Positions 12,916 through 27,000 of a stretch of DNA of 64,000 nt are shown in pieces; the stretch's first letter is position 1, and every line of letters starts with the position of its first letter. This DNA comes from Tubiluchus corallicola. Its lineage: Eukaryota > Animalia > Priapulida. Below the pieces are notes generated by a model. The model searched no databases. It had not been told where the DNA came from and was given only the letters and a program-made list of their open reading frames with translations. Location of the stretch: contig JAQGDQ010000371.1 of the NCBI GenBank assembly GCA_030141605.1, positions 62,001-126,000 on the forward strand. Direction: 5' to 3'. Position numbers and translations under genes: made by a program.

Positions 12916-15767
12916 TTAATCTGTTACCAACGAGGGTATCTTATTTCTACAAATGTCGTATGACATATTCCTATAAGCACGTTATTGTTTATACGATATT
13001 TATAGTAACATTAATATATTTATTAAATTCAACATCAGTTTTTTAAGTTTTTTTTATATATCAATATTTCGAAATCCTTTGCTTTTATAAAGCTTGATGA
13101 CTCAGTCCTATTTCATCAACGTTTCTTTGCTGAACACGTCAAAGCTTCAGCGTTAAACCTATGCTTAACTTAATGATAATTACCAGGCAGCAACGGTGAA
13201 ATTAGCATCAAAAACCAACCTTTCCAGTCCCTTGCATTAAACACAATCAGACGTACGGTTAGGTAAAAATACATCTATCTCATTAGTGAAACACGAGGGC
13301 TAATCAAAAACTCCTATAATATAATTACTCGGCGGCCTCTAATTCCGCTAAAACAGCCTAGAATTAATGTCGCTTCTCGTCGCTGTAATGCTGACATTAA
13401 AGCGGCAGAATATGCCTTATTTTTTGCCAATACGGCCACTGATACAACGATTAGGTAGAAGCTAATTTGCGATCAGCCGCATGGAAACAATGAAAAAGAT
13501 GAAGTAAATTTACAGAGGGTTTCTATTAAAGCAGGTAATTATTCTGCCTCGTTCCATCATAACAGCCTGGATTACGCTTCTCTCCTGCAGGAAATGAATT
13601 TCGCCAGCGCCTATCTGCTACGCGAACGCACAAAGCAGCAAAAATAAAACTAAAACGAATAGAAAACGGTTGGCATTCAATTTTTGGATCGCCGCAGATC
13701 AGGTTAGGGAGAACGATTTCATTTTAGGAAGTCATTTGTTTGAACGGATGCACGCAAATTACGGGATATCAATTGAATTCAAAGTAGGTAAGGAGAGTGA
13801 TGTATGTCTAACGGGGTACAACCGCTAGTTTAGAGTCAATAAAACGAATCGACTGAATCCCAGTATAGAGCAAATTGAGCTATGCGTACTAATGATGGAA
13901 CTCGTGCGCTTCAAATAGAACAAAATAACAAAATAACTACAAAAGCACAGATAGCAAGTACCAAGCGCAGGGATGAGAGTGACAAATTGTAAAAAACTCT
14001 GAAACAGGCCGGGGGTTTTGGGGCCATCTAGGGCCCCAATGGAGTTCAAGGGGAGCCAGCAACAAATTGCAATTTTGTGCCCATAGAGAGCCTCTAAGTG
14101 GACTTAAAATATCAATTACCTTGTTTCATGCATAATTTAAAATACCCAACTATCAAGGATACATGATACCTAATTGTCTCAAAAACGCCTAAGTACTGGC
14201 CGCTCCTATGCAAAAGTATATAAAAACTGTCCGCAATTGACTCAAATAACTCCGCACAATTGTTTCTATATTTTTATACATAGATATATACACGTGGTTA
14301 CACTGATGTACGTGATGTAAACAAAGTGACGGCCTGCCACCTAGCGGTCAGCTTGTCAAATAATGCACTGGGTCCGTAAAAACTTTCTCAACGAATTTAC
14401 GCGATTTACAAAAATGGCACTACTGGTCTTCCAAAAACTCAGAATTCCGCGTATCCGCAGAAAATTCTCATCCCTGCAAGCGACGTGATAACCCATGACT
14501 GAAATCTTAAACAATTGTTCAAGAAAGGTAATCAGATGAATCTGATTTAGGAATTTAACAGGGAGCATATCGCATGTCAACTCACTGACTCACCGTATGG
14601 CTAAGTTTCTTTAGTTTATAATAACTTGTATAACAAAGTAGCCAAAAGTATTATAGTGGTAAGAATTTGTAGATGACTAATGATTCCTGCTTCTGTTGTT
14701 ACAAAAACCACTAAACAAATAGTTCGTTCACAAAGAGGCATGGGAATGGGAATATTCAAAATCAGACAGCCTGTTTCACTTAGTTTTAACGCAATTTTCA
14801 ACGTATTCAACCTGTCTGCTGACAAATTTTTAATTCACTGTCATAAGAGCCCAGACAAACGTTTTAGAAGCTGTTAGCATCACTACTCTAAGGGTACAAG
14901 GTTCAAGTCCAGCAAGTGGAATTTTTCTCCCTTTGATTACCGGTCTTATTACCATGCAAGTTTTTAGGTAAGCTTTTTGTAGATAGTATGGCTATTTCAC
15001 CTACTTCGACTAGCACAAGTCTCGCTTGGCTACTTAGCATAATATTCTGAACTTTTACAGCTAAGACGACGTATTACCAATATCTCAAAAATAACTTAAA
15101 AAATGATAAACCGTCTCAGTGTGAATGTTAACGCCAAAAGCTGCTGCAAAATGCGTTAAATCGTCCATAATGTTCCCTAATGCATCTATATCCATCACAA
15201 TTTACATTTTAGCTTGACATACGTTATACTAAATGGAAATAATAACATGATTAGCGCAACTAACATTGACATGGCATGACAAGTTGGCCACCGTTAATTA
15301 GGCATGCAGTGTGTTTGTGTTTTCCAAACTAATGCATGGTAACGAAGCGTAAACTACAAGGAATTACTTTGATCAGAATTTACACGGGTTTCTGTTAGCC
15401 TGAAGTGAATTGCACGAAATTCTTGCACATTTGGAACTATGGTCACAAGACATAGTAGCAAAAAACCCTATTAACACCGACCTATGTACTTACCATCTAA
15501 TTAAATGCTTCATTATCTATTTTATATGAGCTAAGTTTTAATATAAGCACGAACTTTCAAGAATGTCATAGCTTCCAGAAGCCCAGTACGCCGACGCGTT
15601 GAATTTCACCTTTAGTTCATTTTATATTAGAAATTTTGGGATTTTAAATAAAAGATTAGATTACACGCCACTTTACAACAATAGGTACATTTCCTATGTT
15701 GCTAACATATACGTAATATCTAAAAAATCTATTATCTCAAATACATGCAAGACACCAGGCATTAGGA

Positions 15768-16131
15768 CAGTGGCTCCCAAACTTTCTCGGACCGTTATCC
15801 AAATCGGGAAACCCGGTCGTGTCCATTACCCCCCACCTAGTGGCTAGTACTACTTCTCGAACTCAAAAAGTAAACACACGTATATGCCACAAGCAAGCAA
15901 AATTATTTATGTTTGCTCGTGACATAAATAAATTTCCAGGTGTTGTTGTTGTATTGTTGCCAAAACAAGAATTACAATTACTGAACCTTCAGTCTCTTCA
16001 AGAAGAAAACTACGTAAAATGCATTCCGAGCGAAGTTTTAAAAATTTTCAGAGGGGTGCCCGTTACCCCCCCCCCCAAAAAAAACCATATTACCCCCGGG
16101 GGGTAATTTACCCCTACTTTGGGAACCACTG
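15768..16131. mobile_element. hAT-family MITE
   Basis: TIRs CAGTGGCTCCCAAA and TTTGGGAACCACTG; perfect 8-bp TSD CATTAGGA (15760-15767, 16132-16139); repeated TTACCCC subterminal motifs. Confidence 0.95.
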
Positions 16132-17997
16132 CATTAGGATAACATAGGAAATTTTTTACCACCAAGGGAGTGAAATAAATTGCATTTCTGTGCTGAAAGT
16201 AAATTGACTTCTATGCAAAGTTGGCACGTAGCTTTGAGCGTCCATTCAACGATTTATCTTAAACTGTGCTGTTCTTTTCTCGCAAATTAATACGTGGGCT
16301 ACTTGTGCCATGCTATAAATACAAGCTGCTTGTATGCGCACTGAATTAATAAAGCTTAAATTCATTATGCTCGTTTGCGTGCGTAATTGTTACCAGGTTT
16401 GCGTGTGCATTAAACTGAGGCTTCATTAACGTTTGCACTGAAAATACAATGACAAAAAGAAACTTGTTCGTTGTAGCCACTAAAATTGCTATTTATTTAA
16501 CAGTGATCAATGACACCCGTGCATCGCCTTGTCCACTTTAAAATTCAAAAACCTCGGTCCATAACCATTACACCCTATTTCGCAATTCAAGCGTTCTTTG
16601 TCATCATTATGTGGGCAAGGTATTGAAATCCAAAGATGATCGGGCTAGAATAAGAGACATCTTTATAAATCCAGTTTCCATGGCAACGCGTCAACTGGTC
16701 GATTATGCGCCGAATATTTCACATTCAATACCCTGTAAGTAAACTGAATTTAGCAGCTATCGCCATTATAAATGGGTTTAACATTCAAGCGGGCAGCGTT
16801 TGATGACAATGATCATGTTCTTTTCAAGGATGGGAGAAGAAGCCACGAGCCGGGCAGTTTGGTTTTAAAGTATAACATTATAGAGGACATTAAGATGGAA
16901 GGGAGAGGGAGGATGAGGCAATTCCCTCAGAAACTGTAAATGAAGTAGATGACGTCACTGGTCAACACAAGTTTTAAATCACTGTGAAACACGCCACAGC
17001 CACATGCAACATTTACAATCTTGTAAGAAAGTAGAGTTTTTAAACCTAGTCCCCCTTTTCCAGAGCACTCTTCAAGCCAGAATCACGCACACGGCATATG
17101 ACGGTACAACAGATAGTTGTGGCGGGACAGAAATCTAACTTCTTATGAAGGACACTCATCTAAGATGAGGCACTGAACCAGCAGGGGTACCTCAGTCATA
17201 TTTGTCCTACTCGGAAGATTAACAGCTGAGAAGAAAGGAACGATGTTACGGGAGAAATACCCAGAAGCAAGTTCTCTGACAGTTGTCCATCTATTTATTG
17301 ACTGGCTACTCTCCTTCTTCACCCTCATCTGTCCGGCATGAATACTGTCATACAAAAACTGAAGGAATTCAGTCACGTTGATGATAACGCGATTTACAAA
17401 GCTGTATTCTAGTAGTTTTACAGAAGACCATGATGTTCGTCCTCCGAATCGAAGATGACCATAGTGACAGGGATAAAGGGTCAGTTTGGGGGGTTGTCAT
17501 TCCTTTGATAAGCTCGAAGGTCAATTCTGGCCTGGAAACTTCTTTGGAATTTGGCACAGGTGAGACTACCCCATCTACAGAAGACCATAGTGACCTTTAA
17601 TTGCCTGAAAATGCAAACAAAGACGACCAGGTGTTTGGAACGCGTATACCAAAAGCTTATTGCAGTTTTTCCACCAGACTATTCTAAACGCAAAACAACC
17701 CACATGTGAACCTAAAACTATTACCCAATGCAATATTCCGTCCAATTGATACAGTATGTCCAATATCTGCCAAATTATTATGATTATGGAAATAATGGTT
17801 TCTTCGCCACATGACCCGGCTTAGATGGAAGAGTAAAATGTCTACCCATTCTCCACGGAATAGCCCTAATTTCCATCCTTCAGCTGTCATTACAAAAAGG
17901 AAAACAGAACAGACCATAACCACACATTACACAGCTTCATACACAAAGCAATATTGCAGACCAGTGAAGCTACGGGAAATGTGCAATTGTGCATTAT

Positions 17998-18235
17998 ACC
18001 GGGTGGCGTAGCTCAATGGTAGCGCGCTCGCTTCCCACCCGGGAGGTCGTGTGTTCAACTCTCGCCCGAGTCATACCAAAGACTTGAAAAATACCAAAGA
18101 CTTGAAAAATAGTACCGCCGGTTCTTCGACAAGCACACGGGTCTATCGAAGTAATAGTAATCGGAAAATAAGTATGGAGTTACTTAAGGTGATATCCTTG
18201 GACAATGTCCTAAACCAAATTAATCATTATTAACT
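17998..18235 (+). mobile_element. tRNA-derived SINE (MetaSINE-like core)
   Basis: Box A TAGCTCAATGG, box B GTGTTCAACTC, core GTCATACCAAAGACTTGAAAAAT with an 18-bp tandem duplication (18073-18108). 3' boundary approximate. Confidence 0.8.
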
Positions 18236-19688
18236 CTAATAATTGCGACCTCTTTTAGGCAAGCACTCAAAAGCTCGCCTATTTTCATGACATCGCGAAC
18301 TCAACAGCCCCTATAATCAGGCCACCCCCATGCCAACCCTCCCTCTTCTCAACGAGGGGATTCCAGAGACTTCTAATGCTACGATTTATGCTCAGAATAT
18401 AATAAGCGGTTGTCAGACGGGATTTGCATTGTGGGCACACGATATGCACGAGTCAAATAAAGCACAAAGAAACGGCCATAATACCTTCCCCGCTTTGCCT
18501 CATTGTTATTCATCATACACTAAACAGCTGTATTGCAATAAGAAAAGCCAGCTAGGCTTCTGATAAGATTAGGCATTCATTGAATTCTGATCATGTACTT
18601 TATTTCTAATGGTGCCCGTGCACAATGCGCCGTAGTAAGTCATTACCAAGGAAAAGTCTACGGGACATCGATAAGAATGGACGCAGCTTTTATTAACAGA
18701 TTTCCAATAAATCCAGCAGTAAAGACAGCCGCTTGTTGCTTGTGCATAACAAGCAGCTAACAAGTGAAATGTATCCAAACAGACAACGCACGAGAGGAAA
18801 CGATCTTCAAGCTTGAAATGTTAGTTAAGCAACTTAAACGACGGTCAGCTGCAGGATTAGCGCCCATTAGTAAGTCCATCATAGCGTCCATCATAAGTAA
18901 ATTATTCTAACATTATACCAAACCTAGTAACTTTTGAAAAAGTTAACAGAAGAATCTCTTGGCAGCAACATAATTTATGATATTATGGATGTTTGAAATG
19001 AAAAAAATGATTAAAGCACGAGAAAACACTCCTCAAAATTAAAGCTTAAAAAATTTGCCTTCCAAATTTTGTATTGCACATGATGTCTTGTTGTATACAG
19101 GGCTTGCGTTAGAGTAACCTGCCTAAAACTTGTTAACTCCTGCGATGACCGTTAGGCGCAGACACTTTGACGCTAAGTCGTGAGTTTAGACAACATTGCA
19201 AAGTTTGAAAAAATAATTAACCCATTCGTAGCACACTTTTTGCTAACTAAACAAGAGCTTAAATTACTTTATATTGTCAAGATTACTAATATGTTTTATG
19301 ATGAATCAGTGATGCACATTGGGATGGCGATGCAGTGCCAAAGACCAGGTGGCACGAATATTTTAAATTAGTAAGAATCTTGCTCTCCAATTATATAAAT
19401 CTTTCAAACAAGTAAGCGGAATAGTAAATAATATAACTTTGTATGAAAAGTCTTTGAGCTACACATTAAAATTCCCCTTTCTATCCCTTTTAATTATTTT
19501 CCTGCAGGACACCTATCCCAATTGCTTTCTATAACCTATTGTTATAAAAAATATAAAAAAATCTTAGTGTTAGCAAGTTGTTGACCTCCATAAATAACTA
19601 AAAAAGTTATTCTGAACCGGTTACGTGGATTAATATCTCATACTGACAGAGCATGATATCACAAGGATCTGAGTTCGAATCTAGATTG

Positions 19689-20078
19689 CAGGGTTCCCAC
19701 CTTTTCCCCTGACTTTTCCATGATTTTCCATGACCAAGATAAGCAGAAATTGCATTACCGGTATACATATTCATACATTTTTGTATGTGAACATCCATGC
19801 TTATACTGACATATAATGTGCCGGCCAATCATTAGTTTTGGAACAGAAATCGAAACTGGGAGCCTGCCATAACAAAATTTTATTTGAACACGAATCGCTG
19901 AAAAATATCGGTTCACGGTGATTATTTTTGCAACACTTTCATTGACTTTTCGCTCCACTTTCATAATTTTCCCCGACTTTTTAGCAAATTATCTTTTTCC
20001 CTGACTTTTCGATGACTTCCCAGAATAGCATGTATTTTTAAGGATTTTCCAGGACTTTCCCTGACCGTGGGAGCCCTG
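19689..20078. mobile_element. hAT-like MITE
   Basis: TIRs CAGGGTTCCCAC and GTGGGAGCCCTG; repeated TTTTCC(C/A)TGAC subterminal motifs at both ends; TSD not recognisable. Confidence 0.75.
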
Positions 20079-20360
20079 TGGTAGACTAAAATTTTTCAGA
20101 GCCTTCCTGCATCTAAATTTAACTGTTGACTGCATTATGTACAGACCTACGTTTATATCTAGCAGTTGCACAAATGCTTAATAAACTACATTAAAGTAGC
20201 ACAACTAAATGCGCTTATTGAGTCAAATACTCTTAACGATATTCTTTTTCGTGATAATGTAAAAACTCGTGTACCAATTAGTTTACAGAATATCGAGAAT
20301 TAATCTGCAAAGAGGTTGCGACTATCTTTTATTACACGTAAATTATGTTATATGTTACAC

Positions 20361-20890
20361 CATTGGTTCCCAACCTTGGGGTCCCGGGGGTCCTGGGTCG
20401 TGAAGTACTTTTCGTGGGGTCGTTTGGGCTAGTCCAAAACCTAATTGCTGTTTTCATGAAAAGTACGTAAGAAGGTTTTGTTTCCTCAGTCTCTCATTAC
20501 ATCATTTTCTTACGGAAAGTGAAACCGGGTCTTCCTGCTCGAAACGCAGTATACCAGTGCATGATTTTCTGGGAAAATGAAAATACATATTGTTCCATGC
20601 GATACAGTGTACAGTGTACACCGTACGAAAGCGTGCCGCTATTCATTTTACCTTGGATACCTACTGCATTGCAAAACTGCTCGCTGAGAAACAAGCGCAA
20701 CAATCACATTAATTAATTAATGAAACAATCACTCATTGTTCAATAATTTGTTGAATAGTAAGTTAAAATTAATCAATGCGAACGATAATGATGCGTAATT
20801 AATAACATGTGATTAAGTCCTTCGTGGGGTCGCGATATGATGCAGGGTTTTGGAAAGGGGTCGCCGACAACAAAAGGTTTGGAACCACTG
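20361..20890. mobile_element. hAT-family MITE
   Basis: TIRs CATTGGTTCCCAACCTT and AAGGTTTGGAACCACTG; 8-bp TSD TGTTACAC/TGCTACAC (one mismatch); GGGGTC(G/C) subterminal repeats. Confidence 0.92.
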
Positions 20891-22634
20891 TGCTACACCA
20901 AGCTACAAATGATATGTGATACACAATCATCTGACATTTGAGGGAAATTTTCTGTGACGATTTTCTAGCGAAAATAACATCCCTTATATTAATATTCTTG
21001 GTATGGGCTTAATTTATTTAGCTAATATGATTACATTAACGTGATTCACATTAGTGAATAATAACAATAGTGAAAGCTCAGTGCACTGGAGGGTGTTGGG
21101 GTGGGGGTGGGGGTTAATGCAATCAATAACAACAAGTATTGGTTGGCTAGTTATGATTCGTGATATCAAACACTTATTATACTCATTTTCTCATTCATTT
21201 TATTCACACGCAGCACGCCTGTCACATTGAATTCATCGTTTGCAAACAATGTGGTTTTTCATAAAATTATCTTTTGTTGGCTGGAGGAAAACTCCATTAC
21301 TTTCAAATGTGCTAATGTAATAAAATGTGACAGAGATAATAAATTGAAGACATGCTTAGCGCACAAAGGAACCATGAAAAGTTACTTTTATGCTGAAGCA
21401 AGTTGCTTTTACAACTTTATAAAATCTATTTCTGTGAAACACGGGGAAATAAGCGATTTATCGATTACATGCGCACCCATGATGAAGGTACTCTATTCAT
21501 TGTGGGGCTTCCTATCATGGCATTTGGCTACCTTTACGTTAAAAAACACTCTTAACTGACAGTAAAGGCATAAGTGATGGTGGCGGTACCGCAACCTATT
21601 TATGACAGAAATCATTTAAAATGAAACGCTGAGCGCAGAGTTGTCTTGGCTATGGTCGTATTTATTTTGCAGGCCGACATTCTCCATTAAAGACAGCAAA
21701 CGTCTCCAGCTATCTACTGATCGAGTTGATGTTGCTCAACTTCGATTGCTAACTGCTAAGCACACGCCATGGCCGCTGAACTTTTCCCCTTGTCTCATCG
21801 CCTAGGCAAAACGGGAATCACTCAACTGTTGACAAATATGCCATAGAGAATAACAAAAATTCGGATGGGCGGGATGGCTTAATACTCTCCCGTGGCTAAA
21901 CTGATTTTTCCATTACAGATACTGGCTTTTTGCTTTTCCTTTCTATGTTTTTATATTCGAAAGAACTAACAGAATGTTAAAAACAAACGACTGTTTCTCG
22001 CAAAAAATACACGTATTTTTTTCTTTGTCTGCAACTCTGACCCACAGCAAGTGCAGAATCGAGTTTCTCTGTGCACTATGGATATTGCCTCCAGCAAATC
22101 ATGAAATATCTATATGAATATTTCATGCGTGACGGGTCGTCTGAAGCCGGCCTGACGTATGCAGGACCTCAGTACTCTTGCATATACAATCGTGCATCTA
22201 AATAGAAATATTATAATGGGCACAGGGAGAAGATGCAAGCGTTATCATGCAAACGCTTTCATGAATCATACATGTGCAAGCTGGATGAATAAGTGAGCAT
22301 GCTTCTGCATGATGGTGATATAAATAATAATAATAAGAGAGGTCCATCTCATGAATTTTCCTTCAATTACATGCACGTGCGTGCTTCGAGGAGCAGTCCA
22401 TGTCTTTTCCCTCTGCTACTAGTCCTTTTAGGCCGCTGGGTCCGCCAGACACCATGAATAGTTTTGTAGTCCACAGAGCGTCATTACACTTCATATTACA
22501 GGCCCTACCCTTTTATCTATTGGTTCCAGGACCCTCGACGTTTTAGAACATTTTAAATAGAATACTAAACCCCAATCAGACAATTTTAAAAGTTCACACC
22601 ACACCAAAATAAACGAAGCATTAGGCAATAGTGA

Positions 22635-24620
22635 CAACAGTGAAGGAAATAAAACATAGGCCAAAGATCCTTACTAAGAACCGTGAAGCAAAGACCAAAT
22701 AGGCCAAATATCCTTATTAACAACAGTGGAGCAAAGACCAAATAGGCCAAATATCCTTATTAACAACAGTGGAGCAAAGAACAAATAGGCCAAAGATCCT
22801 TACTAAGAACCGTGGAGCAAAGACCAAATAGGCCAAAGATCCTTACTAAGAACCGTGAAGCAAAGACCAAATAGGCCAAATATCCTTATTAACAACAGTG
22901 GAGCAAAGAACAAATAGGCCAAAGATCCTTACTAAGAACCGTGGAGCAAAGACCAAATAGGCCAAAGATCCTTATTAACAACAGTGGAGCAAAGAACAAA
23001 TAGGCCAAAGATCCTTACTAACAACAGTGGAGCAAAGAACAAATAGGCCAAAGATCCTTACTAACAACCGTGGAGCAAAGAACAAATAGGCCAAAGATCC
23101 TTACTAACAACCGTGGAGCAAAGACCAAATAGGCCAAAGATCCTTACTAAGAACCGTGGAGCAAAGACCAAATAGGCCAAAGATCCTTACTAAGAACCGT
23201 GGAGCAAAGACCAAATAGGCCAAAGATCCTTATTAACAACAGTGGAGCAAAGACCAAATAGGCCAAAGATCCTTACTAAGAACCGTGGAGCAAAGACCAA
23301 ATAGGCCAAAGATCCTTACCAAGAACCGTGGAGCAAAGACCAAATAGGCCAAAGATCCTTACTAAGAACCGTGGAGCAAAGACCAAATAGGCCAAAGATC
23401 CTTACTAAGAACCGTGGAGCAAAGACCAAATAGGCCAAAGATCCTTACTAAGAACCGTGGAGCAAAGACCAAATAGGCCAAAGATCCTTACTAAGAACCG
23501 TGGAGCAAAGACCAAATAGGCCAAAGATCCTTACTAAGAACCGAGGAGCAAAGACCAAATAGGCCAAAGATCCTTACTAAGAACCGTGGAGCAAAGACCA
23601 AATAGGCCAAAGATCCTTATTAACAACAGTGGAGCAAAGAACAAATAGGCCAAAGATCCTTACTAACAACAGTGGAGCAAAGAACAAATAGGCCAAAGAT
23701 CCTTACTAACAACAGTGGAGCAAAGAACAAATAGGCCAAAGATCCTTACTAACAACCGTGGAGCAAAGAACAAATAGGCCAAAGATCCTTACTAACAACA
23801 GTGGAGCAAAGAACAAATAGGCTAAAGATCCTTACTAACAACAGTGGAGCAAAGACAAATAGGCCAAAGATCCTTACTAACAACAGTGGAGCAAAGAACA
23901 AATAGACCAAAGATTCTTACTAACAACAGTGGAGCAAAGAACAAATAGGCCAAAGATCCTTACTAACAACAGTGGAGCAAAGAACAAATAGACCAAAGAT
24001 CCTTACTAACAACAGTGGAGCAAAGAACAAATAGGCCAAAGATCCTTACTAACAACAGTGGAGCAAAGAACAAATAGACCAAAGATTCTTACTAACAACA
24101 GTGGAGCAAAGAACAAATAGGCTAAAGATTCTTACTAACAACAATGGAGCAAAGAACAAATAGGCTAAAGATCCTTACTAACAACAGTGGAGCAAAGACA
24201 AATAGGCCAAAGATCCTTACTAACAACAGTGGAGCAAAGAACAAATAGACCAAAGATTCTTACTAACAACAGTGGAGCAAAGAACAAATAGGCCAAAGAT
24301 CCTTACTAACAACAGTGGAGCAAAGAACAAATAGGCTAAAGATCCTTACTAACAACAGTGGAGCAAAGACAAATAGGCCAAAGATCCTTACTAACAACAG
24401 TGGAGCAAAGAACAAATAGACCAAAGATCCTTACTAACAACAGTGGAGCAAAGAACAAATAGGCCAAAGATCCTTACTAACAACAGTGGAGCAAAGAACA
24501 AATAGGCCAAAGATCCTTACTAACAACAGTGGAGCAAAGAACAAATAGACCAAAGATTCTTACTAACAACAGTGGAGCAAAGAACAAATAGGCCAAAAAA
24601 ACCTGAATAACAACAGTGGA
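22635..24620. repeat. 43-bp minisatellite array, ~45 copies
   Basis: Unit GGAGCAAAGA(C/A)CAAATAGGCCAAAGATCCTTACTAA(G/C)AAC(C/A)GT; period 43 (23341 to 23384); degenerate edges. Confidence 0.99.
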
Positions 24621-27000
24621 TCTATGAAACTCTAGGCTGCAGAACAACTATTAAGAACCTATAGGCTAAAACAATCTAAGTAGCAACAATAATGGAGCAA
24701 AGAACTTATAGAACAAAGAACACATGGCCCAGTGTCCGGTGAGACCTGGATGAAATGTGCCAGTTGCCAGTGAGACAAGTGAAATAGGAACTAAGGTTCA
24801 TAAAACTAAAGAACTAACAAGGTGAATAGCCAAGCGGATCTAGGATTGACGGAGTGCAACTATTACAAAAACATCGAAAGAAAAGTAAAAGCGACACAGT
24901 CAGTAACAAGTAGTTGCTTCATCCTTGTCGCTTTTATTGAAATTCTCTCACTGTATTGTCTGAACTCATTATCATGTCATCTTTACGTATCTAGTATCCA
25001 CTAATTTTCAATCCGATTTAAATATTAAGACATAATAGGTGCACAGAAACTGAAAAAGTAAAAATGCTAAAATCCGAGAACCACGAAAGGAAGGATCATG
25101 GATAGAACGGTTGGAAACTGATGTTGTATTAAGATATAGCTCATAAGTTAAATTGTCTTATCTATTTCATACTGTAAAACTATGTCCTCCTGACAAAGAC
25201 TAAACCGCGAAGATTGATTGTTTTCTTTCTTCCATCGCCATTTTTTTCGGTGAAAGGGTTAAGCAGAAGTCCCGGGTCAACGTCCGCCCAAGTATGTCAA
25301 TTTATTTACACCACCCACCGTTTGAGAAGATGGTCTCTCTATGGGACAGGACGATCAGAATCCTCGTGTCACGAAAACAAATTAAGTTTAAAAAAATATC
25401 CCGCACAGGAACAATGTTCAAGGATGTCTTCCAGACATATGAAATCGTTCATAAACCCACTGGGTGGGCCACAACCTACTGATTGAGAACTACTGTGTTA
25501 ATTATACATGGATATCATATTCTGCAAATGCCTACTTTCTGTATTATGACTAGCGCTAGCATTAAAACAGATGTCATACAAAAGCAACGAAAACCCCCGT
25601 TAATTCCAGCCTGCCGGCAGTTGCTCAATATTTATTTTGCTTTTTCGTGCAAATTAAAACAAATCCACAAAAACCCTGACCTGTAACAGACCCTACAGCA
25701 AGAATATTAACTCGGCTGCTACTTTGCATGAAATAATTCCGCCAATTACCGGTCCTGATCCCGGCAGCCGACAAACAAATTTCGTCTGCAAGGCTAAGTA
25801 ATAATAACAACAACACAGCCTGATCAAACAACACAGCGAAATTTAAAAGCCAAATTTAATGCGATGGCACAATGGCGGCTCGACAAACGGACTGGGAAAA
25901 TGTAAAGCGATATTCATCCATTACAAAACTTTGTTTACAGTGAATGAGTAAACAAAATTAAATTGTAAGTCACGTACCGGAGCAAGACAACAAAAGTGTG
26001 TGTGTTTGATTTACATTAGCGCCAAATAGCCAGCTTTAAAAATTCATCATGCCTTTGACGTTTTATCTGCCTTGACTGAAAAAAAACCGTGATATTTAAA
26101 AACAGGCTTTGATTACACCAAATCATTGCAAAACATCGGGAAGTAACGAACCAGTGTGTACAACATGTTACACTTTTTAACGTTTTACGTGACAATTTCC
26201 TCACAAGTGAATTTCCTCAAGACAAATAATAAAAAAATTTCCAGCAGCATTTACATTACGTATCAAAACGCCAATTAATTTAATGGCAAATTGCAATAAT
26301 GAATAGCATCGCTACAGATATTGCAAATTTAAAAAAAAAACTTTACAGGAACCTTACAGGGCCCAGTAAAAAATGCTCATCTGAATTTTGGGAAATGTGT
26401 CTCCATTCCAGATAGCACACCAATGTATAACCTTTAAAAGAGTTAAGTCAACTGAGTACATTTCTTGGGTGTAGGTCAAAGGACCACCACGGACAAAGCA
26501 CCACCAATTAAAGAATTGCTTTATAGAAGACACTTGATCAAAAATTCACCTGAAAACACAACGTTGGAGGACCACCAGATGAAAACTACCAAACCGCGGT
26601 AAAGGATCAACCGAAAAAACCATTCAGTGACAGAGTTTTTATTAAGACGTTTGACACGCAAATTGCCTGATTTCAGTAATGCCTACACGCTGCCACAAAC
26701 CCCTATTCGTTGCTTTGAGTGTTTCGTAGACTGTGTGGTTTGCATTATGTAAAAACCTTGACCTTATCCCATTCAAAGTGGGTGAATGTACCGCCTTGCT
26801 TAATCACAACAAATGTCGCGCCACACTCGGGTGCATAACTGGAACGGCTAGCAGACAAATACCTCAGACAATGAATTCCCGCCAAAAATAGCCAGACAAA
26901 CCTTATACAAGATTAGTGGAGTCTCAGAGGAGCGAGGTCTTTACAAATCTTATATGCGTATTTAGGCTATGGGAATCTAAGAGAAGAGAGGGCTATCCCA

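Noticed and set aside
17998-18075. tRNA gene (also 5200-5275)
   Set aside because: Has A/B boxes but no good cloverleaf and continues into a SINE core.
22635-24620. CRISPR-like regular array (also 40714-41786 and 59912-60554)
   Set aside because: Units are head-to-tail with no unique spacers, there are no cas genes, and the context is eukaryotic.
25455-25495. hAT-like terminus TTGAGAACTACTG
   Set aside because: No matching opposite terminus or TSD found.
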